The notes: generated by a model not told the origin, from the letters alone. Shown: positions 10,182 to 19,874, counted from the stretch's first letter. The stretch: 64,000 bases of DNA from Marispirochaeta sp. (GCA_963676835.2 CAXXFF010000001.1:884795-948794), one strand, 5' to 3'. Translations and numbers: made by a program.

Positions 10182-10317
10182 GAGCCCATTAATAAAAGTG
10201 ACCCCCCGGAAAAAGGAGTAAAGCCGGGAGGCCAAAAAGGAGGTCAATGAAAAAGAAAACTCTCTAACCTACAAACCTCTCCCGGATACAAAGGTTACAT
10301 TATCTGACAAAAAAACC

Positions 10318-11244
10318 TTATATACTGTCTATTCTTCCCGGTGTACAGAATGCCTGCTGTCCCTCAAACTCACCGGTGCAGCTGAACAAGCCGGAAAGTT
10401 TCGGCGACAGCTCCCCATGAAGAGTTCCGGACACCGCAACACTGCCGGGCTGGGCATGCTTCTTCTCCAGATGACTGGCATAATTAATAACTTCAGAGAC
10501 TATTGAACCGGTCTCCATCTGAAATTTTATCTTTCCCGTATCAAGACCTATTCTGAGTGCAACAGGCTCTTTAAGCAGCACATCCTCATGCAGCTGGAAA
10601 AGAGGAATGCTGCGCTGTATTTCCAGCCCGCAGAATACTGCCCGGTCCTGGTGCCCTTTAAAGGTAAAAGCAATAAGACCTCCATCCCCGGCAAAATTCC
10701 AGATCCTTCCGTCATAGCGGGCAATCCGCTCTTCCAGATATCGGCGAAGATGAAAATAGACCTTTTCCATGGTTCGATTACCGTATTTTTTTACCAGCTT
10801 TGAATTATCCACCACGTCAAGACTCATGACAGTTATGGGATACTGCCGGCCGTTATTCAGGCTGCCCCAATTTACCTGATCCTCTATTTCCTTCCGCAGG
10901 GTTACCACTTTTCTGCGTTTGAAATCGTAGATTCTTCCACTGTTGGCAAATTCCCTCAGGAAGAGCTCAAGACCTTCAATCCGCAGCTGCCGGCCTTTTA
11001 TGGTCTGGTCATCCAGGCTGACAACAAGCTCGATAAGCCGTTCAACCTGGTTTTTGGCTATACACTCCTCCACCAGCGCCGAGGCACATTTCCGCGGGGA
11101 AAGGGTAAAATGCGTTTCTGTATTAGTTAAATCGTGACTGTTATACTGTTTGAACAGCAGCTTGCCCAATTCATCAATTTCATCGGGTTTGAAATTCTGT
11201 GCAATAAGTTCAATCTTATGATTTTTAAGAGCAGGTTCCAGCAT
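10318..11244 (-). CDS. Class III nucleotidyl cyclase domain protein with helical N-terminal domain
   Basis: VMSLDVVDNS, FAGDG, LRIGLDTG, VINYASHLEK cyclase motifs in the C-terminal ~175 aa. Confidence 0.85.
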   Translation of the reverse strand: MLEPALKNHKIELIAQNFKPDEIDELGKLLFKQYNSHDLTNTETHFTLSPRKCASALVEECIAKNQVERLIELVVSLDDQTIKGRQLRIEGLELFLREFANSGRIYDFKRRKVVTLRKEIEDQVNWGSLNNGRQYPITVMSLDVVDNSKLVKKYGNRTMEKVYFHLRRYLEERIARYDGRIWNFAGDGGLIAFTFKGHQDRAVFCGLEIQRSIPLFQLHEDVLLKEPVALRIGLDTGKIKFQMETGSIVSEVINYASHLEKKHAQPGSVAVSGTLHGELSPKLSGLFSCTGEFEGQQAFCTPGRIDSI

Positions 11245-11472
11245 TGAGTCCTCGCATTAGTAAACATTCCAACTTTTACTCTTTACCTTTTGCCTTGATA
11301 CTTACACCTTCCGGGAAGCATATAATACGACTTTTCAACTGGAGATATTTTGAATGTACCCGGTATTATACCAAATTTATCAGGCTTTGGACAGATCCTG
11401 CGCTATTGCGTGGAAAACATGCCTGCTGATAAGCTTTGCTGTTCCGGTTTTTCTTGAGTATATTACTCGTAT

Positions 11473-11886
11473 ATGAACGAGAAAACAGATGATTTTCCCA
11501 TCCGGAAAAGCACCGCCCAATGGCAGGAAGAACTTAGCCCCATGGAATTCCATGTACTCCGTGAAAAGGGTACTGAACGTGCATTTACCGGTGACCTTTA
11601 CATGGAGAAAAGGGGCGGCAAATACCTCTGCAAAGGATGCGGAGCAGAACTTTTCAGTTCAGAAGCAAAATATGAATCCGGCTCCGGCTGGCCCAGCTAT
11701 TATACCCCGGTCAACAGTGACGCAGTAAAAGAGCATACCGACAGGTCACATGGAATGGTAAGAACCGAAGTGGTGTGTGCAAGCTGCGGCGGTCATCTTG
11801 GACATGTGTTCCCCGATGGGCCTCATCCTACGGGACTGCGCTACTGTATCAACTCAGCTTCCCTGGCCTTTAAAGCTGAAAACTGA
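11473..11886 (+). CDS. msrB: Peptide-methionine (R)-S-oxide reductase
   Basis: GTERAFTG, CxxC pairs, [23 protein letters not shown]. Confidence 0.97.
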   Translation: MNEKTDDFPIRKSTAQWQEELSPMEFHVLREKGTERAFTGDLYMEKRGGKYLCKGCGAELFSSEAKYESGSGWPSYYTPVNSDAVKEHTDRSHGMVRTEVVCASCGGHLGHVFPDGPHPTGLRYCINSASLAFKAEN

Positions 11887-11954
11887 AGAAACATTTTACA
11901 GGGTATACCATAAGGCACGGTAATGAACGATACTGCCAGATAAAAGGAGATGAT

Positions 11955-12692
11955 CTACCTGTTACGGGTAAGCAGATACTGAACCTCACCCTCTTTGGTA
12001 AGGGGAATAATAACATCGCGGTACAGCCCGGTTACAAGAGACGGGTCAAGGGGACTGCGCAGGGAGTAATCACTTATCTCCTGCAGGCGCCGTGATTTTT
12101 CACCTACCCTGGCAAGAATGCGCTCTTCCACCTCGGGCCGTGTGAGCTTATCACCGATTGCATCTGAATCACCCGCTTCAATCAGAACAGTGTAGCCTTC
12201 CGGATCGCTGCGGTACTTGCTTTCTGCAACATAGAACGCCGCAAAGTGTACCCGGCGGATAAGAGCCTGAATACAGATAACATCCCGTTCTATGCTGGAG
12301 CCGTAATGCCCGTCATCCCCGGCGGGGCAGATACTGGGCAGCAAGGCAAGGTATTCATCCTTAAGACGATCACTCAGGTTAACAAGATTATAGTCATCGA
12401 TGGCAAGACCGGTTTCCACATCTTTTCGAATCCGTTCCGATGGGGGGAGATCAGAGTTGACAGGTCTCTCCTCCGGTGTGCGGAAGCGCCCGAACCGGGA
12501 GTCAAGTTCCTCCTGCCCTTTCAGGCGCAGGGAAAAAAGGCTCTCCCCCTCTTTCCCGGGGAAGCCGCTCTCGCCCTTCTGATAACAAACCGGATTATAC
12601 GAGAACTGAATCCGTTCAATAAGCACGAAGATAATGGTTTCTTCCAGAGCTTCCAGCCTGGAGGCTATATAGTTCAGATCAAGGGTCTGCAT
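11955..12692 (-). CDS. Chorismate mutase, yeast/plant (Aro7-like) type
   Basis: LDL..I...L..LEETIIF.LIER, YGS....D..C.QAL.RRVHF...VAESKY and IIPLTKEGEVQYLL match the Aro7 pattern; overlaps the ftsK stop. Confidence 0.88.
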   Translation of the reverse strand: MQTLDLNYIASRLEALEETIIFVLIERIQFSYNPVCYQKGESGFPGKEGESLFSLRLKGQEELDSRFGRFRTPEERPVNSDLPPSERIRKDVETGLAIDDYNLVNLSDRLKDEYLALLPSICPAGDDGHYGSSIERDVICIQALIRRVHFAAFYVAESKYRSDPEGYTVLIEAGDSDAIGDKLTRPEVEERILARVGEKSRRLQEISDYSLRSPLDPSLVTGLYRDVIIPLTKEGEVQYLLTRNR

Positions 12693-15600
12693 CTTCAGAT
12701 CTCCACCGGCTCTTCAACACGTTGGGAATATGAAGAATCTCTCTGGGCTTGCTGCCGTTCTGCGGGCCGACAATACCCCGGTGCTCCATTGTTTCCACTA
12801 ACCTGGCGGCCCGGTTGTAACCGATTTTAAGGCGTCGCTGCAGATAAGATGCAGAGGCTTTTCCAGCCTGGGTAACGATCTCAAGGGCTTTGTCCATCAA
12901 CGGATCTTCTCCACCCTCTTCAAACATTCCACCGGAATCCTCATCTTCATCGAAGAAGATCTCATCGTCAATATAATCCGGCTCTCCCAGGGTCTTCACA
13001 TGGTCAACCACCCGGCCGACTTCATCTTCAGAAAGGAAGGCACCCTGAATACGGCTGGGATCCGGATCCCAGGAGGAGGTAAAGAGCATATCGCCCTTAC
13101 CCAGGAGCTTCTCCGCACCCACCGCGTCTATAATAATCCTTGAGTCCGTCTTGCCCGCTACCATAAAAGCGATTCGTGAAGGTATGTTGGCCTTTATAAG
13201 GCCGGTAATAACATCAATAGAGGGTCTCTGGGTTGCCAGAACCAGATGGATACCCACCGCACGGGACATGGCTGCCAGCCGTGCAAGGGTCGATTCCAGC
13301 TCCTTGCCGGTGGTGGCCATCAGATCGGCGAACTCATCCACAATAATCACCAGATACGGCAGTGTCCGGGTGGCAAGCTTGCGTTCTTTCACCTTTCTGT
13401 TATACGAGCGTATATCCCGAACTCCCTGGCTGTCCAGAAGGGCGTAGCGCTGTTCCATTTCTGAAAGACAGTACTGCAGAGCCTGAAAAGCCTTCTTCGG
13501 CTCAGTGATAACCGGAGTCAGAAGGTGTGGTATATCGTTATAAAGCTTCAGTTCAACAATCTTCGGGTCGATCAGCAGCAGTCTTACCTCTTCCGGCTTC
13601 TTGCGGCAGAGGATGGAACAGATAAGAGAGTTAACACAGACCGATTTACCGGAACCCGTGGCGCCGGCTATCAGCATATGAGGAGTATTCACCAGGTCAA
13701 CTACCTGGGACTCACCACCCACATCCTTACCCAGTACCACCGGAACCTGATAATCCTTCTGGTCAAACTTGATATCGGAGATCATCTCATGAAAGGAGAC
13801 AATTGCCCGCTTATGGTTGGGAACCTCAATCCCCACCGCATGCTTACCGGGAATGGGAGCAACAATACGCACACTTGATGCAGCCAGCCGCAGGGCAATG
13901 TTATCAGCGAGGTTGGTTATCTTTGAAAGCTTCACCCCGGGGGCCGGCAGAATTTCAAACATGGTAATTACCGGCCCTTTGCGGATACCCGTAACTTCAG
14001 CCTCGATTTTAAACTCTTCCAGGGTCTGTCGTAAAACTTCTCCCGCATGGCGGGTATCATCATCTACAACCCAGTACTTATTGTCTTCATAACGGTCAAG
14101 CAGCTCATCTACGGGAACTGAATATTTCTGCCGTTTTTTTTTCCCCGCACTCTTCTTTGCCTCTTTCTGATCCTCCAGCCGTACAACTGAAGGCTCTTTA
14201 GGTGCAACAGGCTCATGTATCTGCAGAGAATCTTCCTGAAATTCTTCCAGTTCCGGTTCCTCTACCTCGGGTTCCTCAATGGTTTCCAGGTCATCCATCT
14301 CTTCCAGCTCTTCTTCATCCAGGAGCGGAGGAAGCTCGTCTTCGGAATCAGCTTCATCGGGAGAAATAGGCAGAGGACTGTTGAAATCATCTTCGAAGTC
14401 GGAACCATAGCGCTCTTCCAGAAGGGCAAGCTGATCTTCGACTATCTCCTCTTCATACACGCCGGCACTGATCCCGTGGGGAGTTGCATCAAGAAGATCA
14501 TCTTCGTCGATGGCTACTTCCTCAAGATCAAGATCCTCTTCAAAACTGAAATCATCTTCTACCGGAGCAAGATCTTCCGGTTCATCCAGAAGATCCCGGT
14601 CTTCAAGATCATCTGCAAAGTTTTCAATAACCGGAGCGGCTTCCGCTTCGGAGGGAGCAAAAGATACTGCTTCGGAAACCTCAGCATCGAGAAGATCCTT
14701 TACCATAGACCGGATTGAAGGATCATCATGGTCGTTAACATAAAGTCTGTCGTACTGTCCGGGCTCGCCTTCCGGTACAAGTGCCCTGTTCTCGGTATCT
14801 CCGGAACCGCCGGGTTGTTTCTGACGGCCAGCAGATGGTGTACGGGGAAGTAAGCGCTCATTTCGGGCCGGCAGCTCTTCCGGGGAATCTACAGACTCCA
14901 GATCATCTGCAGAATCAAAATCATTTACAGGGTCTATCTCTTCAACCAGATCATCATCTTCAGTTTCAGGAACTTCAGAAACCTCCGGAAGTTCCGAGAG
15001 CGGTTCAGCCACAGACTCATCTACAGGTTCTTCTATTTCTTCTTTTAAATCAGACTCTTCTCTTTCAACTATTATATCTTCGGGGATAACTTCTTCGTCT
15101 CCAAAGGATACCACAAGGTCCTCATCGGCAAATTTGTCTGCCCCGGAAACTGATCCGGCCCCGTCAGGAACCGCCCTGAGTTTTCCCCGCTCATCCCTGT
15201 CGAGTCTCAGAGCATTTTCCCTGGACAATGAATCCTCATCTTGCAGAGGCGAGAGCTCTTCTACTTCAAGAGGATCCCCCATATCAACATGCTGACGCAG
15301 AGGGAAAAGGCCACCCTGAAGTGCTGCAGCAGGAACATCATCTTCCTGCTCCGGCTCATCGCCTTCAACCGCTTCGGCCAGGGATGGGGTAAGGATGATC
15401 CGGTATCCGAGAATCAGCTCCATCACCAGTAATGCCAGGAGCATCAGGCCGCCGATGCGTCTGCCTCCGAACCCGAGTATCACCGCAGCGGCTGCAGCAT
15501 TGGGAGGATCAGTGAGAATCACATGAAAAAGAAGGGAGGCGGTGACAAACGGAATCAGTGTATAGAGAAGAAAAAGGATTGAACGCCGGTTGAACCCATT

Positions 15601-15810
15601 GGAGATGGAGAGATAGCCCAGAAAATAGAGATAAAGACCAACATAGAAGCCTGAATAAAGAAAATGCTGATACAGAAAGCCCCCGGGAAAATCGAGAAAA
15701 CCGGCAATACCGCCGAATCCGGCAATATGCAGTATCAGAGACAATGTGGTATACGCCGCAAGCGCAAAAAGAGCTATACCAAAAAATGTAGTGATGTTCC
15801 GTTTACCCAA
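12679..15810 (-). CDS. ftsK: DNA translocase FtsK
   Basis: N-terminal TM helices, long acidic linker, PHMLIAGATGSGKS, IVDEFADLM, ATQRPS, gamma domain SYLQRRLKIGYNRAARL; TTG start with AGGAGG SD. Confidence 0.96.
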   Translation of the reverse strand: MGKRNITTFFGIALFALAAYTTLSLILHIAGFGGIAGFLDFPGGFLYQHFLYSGFYVGLYLYFLGYLSISNGFNRRSILFLLYTLIPFVTASLLFHVILTDPPNAAAAAVILGFGGRRIGGLMLLALLVMELILGYRIILTPSLAEAVEGDEPEQEDDVPAAALQGGLFPLRQHVDMGDPLEVEELSPLQDEDSLSRENALRLDRDERGKLRAVPDGAGSVSGADKFADEDLVVSFGDEEVIPEDIIVEREESDLKEEIEEPVDESVAEPLSELPEVSEVPETEDDDLVEEIDPVNDFDSADDLESVDSPEELPARNERLLPRTPSAGRQKQPGGSGDTENRALVPEGEPGQYDRLYVNDHDDPSIRSMVKDLLDAEVSEAVSFAPSEAEAAPVIENFADDLEDRDLLDEPEDLAPVEDDFSFEEDLDLEEVAIDEDDLLDATPHGISAGVYEEEIVEDQLALLEERYGSDFEDDFNSPLPISPDEADSEDELPPLLDEEELEEMDDLETIEEPEVEEPELEEFQEDSLQIHEPVAPKEPSVVRLEDQKEAKKSAGKKKRQKYSVPVDELLDRYEDNKYWVVDDDTRHAGEVLRQTLEEFKIEAEVTGIRKGPVITMFEILPAPGVKLSKITNLADNIALRLAASSVRIVAPIPGKHAVGIEVPNHKRAIVSFHEMISDIKFDQKDYQVPVVLGKDVGGESQVVDLVNTPHMLIAGATGSGKSVCVNSLICSILCRKKPEEVRLLLIDPKIVELKLYNDIPHLLTPVITEPKKAFQALQYCLSEMEQRYALLDSQGVRDIRSYNRKVKERKLATRTLPYLVIIVDEFADLMATTGKELESTLARLAAMSRAVGIHLVLATQRPSIDVITGLIKANIPSRIAFMVAGKTDSRIIIDAVGAEKLLGKGDMLFTSSWDPDPSRIQGAFLSEDEVGRVVDHVKTLGEPDYIDDEIFFDEDEDSGGMFEEGGEDPLMDKALEIVTQAGKASASYLQRRLKIGYNRAARLVETMEHRGIVGPQNGSKPREILHIPNVLKSRWRSEDADP

Positions 15811-15889
15811 ACCGGGAAGCCTCCTATTACTTCAATATCGGTCCCTGTTATGAGGATGTTAAGATGGATTTTTGTTCAGTCTGCAGGTA

Positions 15890-16678
15890 CTAGAGAATAA
15901 TGAGACTGATAATGCCCAGTGGCAATAGATAGAAGCCGAAAAAGTGCAGTTTCCCCTTTTTAACCAGCCGCAGCAGCAGTTCCAGAGAGACCCACCCGAC
16001 CACAAGGGAGCTGACCATACCGGCAATAAGCGATGCAGCTCCGATCTGCGATCCAAGACTGTCCATATCCTTAAGGGTAAGCACGAGGGCACCTAAAATT
16101 GCCGGAATTGAGATGAGAAAAGCAAATTCCCCGGCCTGTTCACGGGAAAGCCCTGCCCCCTGGGAAGCGGTAATGGTAATACCGGAGCGGGAAATACCGG
16201 GAAAAACCCCCAGCCCCTGAGCTGCTCCCACAATAAGGCCGGTCTTGAGCCCGGGAACACCACTGTTTACCCCCCAGCCGAACAGTCGGGGAAGAAAAAG
16301 AATACCGGCGGTTATAATAAACAGCACGGCCACCAGCCGGGGATAATCTCCCGGTGAAAAATGTTCGATAGCTACACCGAGGAAGCCGGTAACCACCGTT
16401 GCAACCAGAATGGCAAGGATCATACCCCGGTCTACCGGATCAGTCTTTTTCCCGCGGATCAGGGAAAAAAGAGAGACAAAGAGCCGTCCCACGGTACGCC
16501 TGAAAACAAAGATAACCACCGCAAGGGTAGAAACATGAAGAAGAACATCAAAAAGCAGAGGGACTCCTGCGATATCCATAAATTCACGGGCTATTACAAG
16601 ATGACCGGAACTCGAAACAGGCAGAAACTCAGTTACCCCCTGCAGCGCACCCAGAATTATTGCTTGAATTACAGACAT
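15890..16678 (-). CDS. uppP: Undecaprenyl-diphosphate phosphatase
   Basis: QGVTEFLPVSSSGH and PGISRSGITI motifs. Confidence 0.96.
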   Translation of the reverse strand: MSVIQAIILGALQGVTEFLPVSSSGHLVIAREFMDIAGVPLLFDVLLHVSTLAVVIFVFRRTVGRLFVSLFSLIRGKKTDPVDRGMILAILVATVVTGFLGVAIEHFSPGDYPRLVAVLFIITAGILFLPRLFGWGVNSGVPGLKTGLIVGAAQGLGVFPGISRSGITITASQGAGLSREQAGEFAFLISIPAILGALVLTLKDMDSLGSQIGAASLIAGMVSSLVVGWVSLELLLRLVKKGKLHFFGFYLLPLGIISLIIL

Positions 16679-16710
16679 TTACCCCTCCGGAAAACTCGTA
16701 CAAAAAACTT

Positions 16711-18879
16711 TTAATGGACCAGATCGGGGAAAAAATCCTCCACAATCCGGTCCGCTGACTCACCGTGGTAAAGATACCCGTAATAAACAGAAGACACAAG
16801 CAGGGATTTCACATAGTTTCTGGTTTCAGCATAGGGCATTGCCTCAACAAAGAGGTCACCCGGAAGTTTGCCGAATGCCCTTCGCCAGGAACGGACCCTG
16901 CTGATACCGGCGTTATAGGAGGCTACTGCATCCGCCGGGGAATCGGTACGATCCAGCATGTTACGCAGATACCAGGAACCGAAACGAAGGTTGTCCTCCA
17001 CCAGAGTAACATCATATTCACTCTGCTTCAGCCTGGCTGCAACGTCTGCAGCGGTCTCCGGCATCAGCTGCATGAGTCCCCCGGCTCCAACCCGGGAAAC
17101 GGCTCCGGGGTTAAAAAGACTTTCACGGCGGATAAGTGCATACAGAAGCCATGGGGGAAGATTAAATTCCTCTGCAGCGCTGTGTACCTGCTCCATCCAC
17201 GGCCTGGGATACAGAGCTGAAACCGGGATAGCTGCCCCGGGGTCACGGTTCCGCCGCAGCAGCATTCTGAGGCTTTCATCCGGGCGCGGCCCCTCTGCAG
17301 CTGCTGCACCGGCAGCAAGGGCGGCAGCAACAGAGACATCCCCATCGGATGCCAGCTGCAAAGCCTTTTCGGGCAGGCCATATTCCAGAAAGCCGTAAAT
17401 AAGTTTATCCGTATCGGATAGTTCATATCCCTGAACCGGGACAGAGGGTTCTGCGGGTGTTTCGGCCGGAAAAAACGTGTTCCCGGTAAAATACCCGGCC
17501 AGGAGAGTATAGTAATCCAGGGCGGAGTCGGTTTGCGGGGAAAAGCTTCCAGCCCCGGGATATTCCCCTCGGGCGATCCTGCGGAGGATATTATCCGCTG
17601 AGAGATCAGTTATTCCGGGAGAAGTTACCCCGGCCTGCTGAACTCTTGCGGCGATATAGGCAAAAGGGGTGAGAACCCGTCTGTTTACCCCGCCATCGAG
17701 ATAGCGGTAAGCCTGAATTACAGAACCCCATTCCTCTCTTTCCGCAAGCAGGGCAGCGAGCTCCTGTAGGACGTCGGAATAGTAATCCGGATCATCGATT
17801 TCCATCAGCAGCTGCGGAAGCAGTTCCACAGCAGCGGAAGGATTACTGCGTACCCGGGAAGAAAAAATATACCAGCGGGTTCGTTCATTTTCCGGCAGGC
17901 GGCCATAGAGATCACCCGCCGCCCGGTGATACCCCGCTCGCCTGTAAAGCCAGGCAGCGGCTTCAATGGAAGACTCCTCCAGGGCTTTATTGCTGTCCGC
18001 AATTTCCAGAAGCAGTTTTACCGTTGCCTCCCTTCTGGCGGAAGTCGTCACAGCATTGGCCAGATTCATGAGCATTGACGCACTGAGATACGGTTCCTCC
18101 TCCAGGAGCCCCTTTAAAAGAGGCCATGAAACCTCGCCATTGCCCCTTGCTGTCTGATCGACTGCATAAAGCAGGATCTGATCATCACCGCTGAAAATAT
18201 CCAGAAGTCCTTCAAGGCGCAGATAATCATAGAGACGGATATGATAGTTTCCAGCAGGGTTGGCAATAAAAAAATTAAGCACCCGGGAGACCCACCCCTG
18301 ATCATCTGCAGGCGAGTTACGCTGGGCAAGAACGACAGAGAAAAGATTCAGCTCCACATCCGATTTAGCTGCATGAGGAAAATCTTTTTTAAGCTTCTCA
18401 AGCTCGTTCAGGGCGGCAGCATCCTCACGGCCCCAGTAGAGCCCAAGAAGATAGAGTCTTCGCCAGGAATAAATATCTGAATACCGCTCTTCAGTTTTAT
18501 TATACAATCGCCGGAGGGATGTATAGTTTTCCTGCTGCAGGTACTGTTCCGCCGCCTCCAGGGCTGCGGCAAAAGCATAGGGCTCTTCCCCGGCCTCCAC
18601 CTGGGAAAGAAGAAGGCGGAGAGAGGCATCCGGGTCCGCAAATTCATGAAAAGAGATAAAGTAGGCAGCACCGGGGCCAAGCTCGGCCAGTTCTCCGGGA
18701 TCATCTGATGCGGTATCTGCCTGGTCAAGCTGAGGCAGAGTTCCATCAAGCAGCCGAGATTTAAACTCTTCCGCATGCAGACCCCAGACAAGGGGAGTAC
18801 TGCAGGAGACAAAGAGTATACTGACACCTATACTGGCAATGGAGAGAGCAACAGAGAGAATAAGAAGATTTTTAATCAT
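16711..18879 (-). CDS. Soluble lytic transglycosylase (Slt-type) lipoprotein
   Basis: Lipobox FVSC; helical body; C-terminal ALIRRES.F, AGGLMQLMP.TA, ASYNAG, PYAETRNYV. Confidence 0.9.
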   Translation of the reverse strand: MIKNLLILSVALSIASIGVSILFVSCSTPLVWGLHAEEFKSRLLDGTLPQLDQADTASDDPGELAELGPGAAYFISFHEFADPDASLRLLLSQVEAGEEPYAFAAALEAAEQYLQQENYTSLRRLYNKTEERYSDIYSWRRLYLLGLYWGREDAAALNELEKLKKDFPHAAKSDVELNLFSVVLAQRNSPADDQGWVSRVLNFFIANPAGNYHIRLYDYLRLEGLLDIFSGDDQILLYAVDQTARGNGEVSWPLLKGLLEEEPYLSASMLMNLANAVTTSARREATVKLLLEIADSNKALEESSIEAAAWLYRRAGYHRAAGDLYGRLPENERTRWYIFSSRVRSNPSAAVELLPQLLMEIDDPDYYSDVLQELAALLAEREEWGSVIQAYRYLDGGVNRRVLTPFAYIAARVQQAGVTSPGITDLSADNILRRIARGEYPGAGSFSPQTDSALDYYTLLAGYFTGNTFFPAETPAEPSVPVQGYELSDTDKLIYGFLEYGLPEKALQLASDGDVSVAAALAAGAAAAEGPRPDESLRMLLRRNRDPGAAIPVSALYPRPWMEQVHSAAEEFNLPPWLLYALIRRESLFNPGAVSRVGAGGLMQLMPETAADVAARLKQSEYDVTLVEDNLRFGSWYLRNMLDRTDSPADAVASYNAGISRVRSWRRAFGKLPGDLFVEAMPYAETRNYVKSLLVSSVYYGYLYHGESADRIVEDFFPDLVH

Positions 18880-18902
18880 ACGGAGAACGTCAGGGATAAT
18901 AA

Positions 18903-19874
18903 TCAGCGGCGGGGTTCAGGGATGTAGATATCACGTCCGGCAAAAATCACATCAGGATTGGCAATGCCATTCTCAACTGCAATCTGACCATAGCGAAATG
19001 GATCACGATAAAAACTTGATGAAAGGTCCCAGAGGGTGTCGCCGTACTTGAGCTGGTACCAGACACCGTCTCCGGCTGCGATGGGAGCAGGCGCTGCCGG
19101 AGGAGCCGCCTTGGGAGGCTCGGGGGCCGGTTTGGGAGGTTCAGGCTTTGCAGGTTCCGCCTGGGCAACAGGCTTCGGCGGCTCAGGCTTTACTTCCGGA
19201 GCAGGTTGAGGTGCCGGCTGTGCCGGCGCTTCAGTTACCTGAGCGCCGCTCCCGGCTTCCGCCTGCAGCGGGGGAACATCATCACCACCCACAACCCTCA
19301 AAAGGAGCCATGCAAGGAGAACTACAACTGCAATACCGAGAAGCAGAAAAAGAATGAACTGCAGAGGATTTCTCCTGCCCGAAGTTGCGGCAACATCCCT
19401 GCCGACATCACGGGGGGCATACTCCTCATTCAGTTGACTCTCCTCTTCAGGGCTGATTCCGGGTTCCGGAGAAAACTCATTTCCCAGCTCAAACTCGGGA
19501 ATATCGTAGATACCCATGTCATCCAGAGACTCAAGACTGACACTCAGGGACTGGGTCTCACCGGTTGAAGAATCTCCGGCGGTAGCGGTAAGGTTGCCTT
19601 CGCCGTCGATATGAAGAACCAGTTCTATTTCCGGATCCCCGCTTGATGCAGGAGGAATATCTTCAATTACCAGGCTGCCGATATAGACGGCATCCTCAAT
19701 TTCATCGCCCCGCCCTTTGTAAAGATCAATCTGCACACTGGCCTGATTCTCCTTGACAGTGGTGAGCACCAGCCGCTTTTTCGACTGTTCTCCCTCCTGC
19801 ATTACAGGATAATAGGTACCATTGGCAATCTTAATCCCTATTGTGGCGGTATTTGCGTCACTTACGGAACTCAT
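18903..19874 (-). CDS. Membrane protein: Hsp70 substrate-binding-like domain, TM helix, Pro-rich linker, LysM
   Basis: N-terminus aligns by eye to the DnaK SBD-beta (TT..NQ.SV.I, I.PA..G.P.IE...ID..G.L...A.D); C-terminal YQLKYGDTLWDLS...N.I.NPDVI LysM; start ATG 19874. Confidence 0.85.
   Translation of the reverse strand: MSSVSDANTATIGIKIANGTYYPVMQEGEQSKKRLVLTTVKENQASVQIDLYKGRGDEIEDAVYIGSLVIEDIPPASSGDPEIELVLHIDGEGNLTATAGDSSTGETQSLSVSLESLDDMGIYDIPEFELGNEFSPEPGISPEEESQLNEEYAPRDVGRDVAATSGRRNPLQFILFLLLGIAVVVLLAWLLLRVVGGDDVPPLQAEAGSGAQVTEAPAQPAPQPAPEVKPEPPKPVAQAEPAKPEPPKPAPEPPKAAPPAAPAPIAAGDGVWYQLKYGDTLWDLSSSFYRDPFRYGQIAVENGIANPDVIFAGRDIYIPEPRR

Noticed and set aside
11377..11432. TTATCAG...CTGATAA-bounded hairpin upstream of msrB as a SAM-I riboswitch
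   Set aside because: Only ~56 nt, lacks the SAM-I core (kink-turn, GCAACC, GGTGC), and lies upstream of the predicted msrB promoter
19090..19240. Quasi-repetitive DNA in the LysM gene
   Set aside because: Explained by the Pro/Ala/Glu/Lys-rich linker coding; not a CRISPR or DNA repeat
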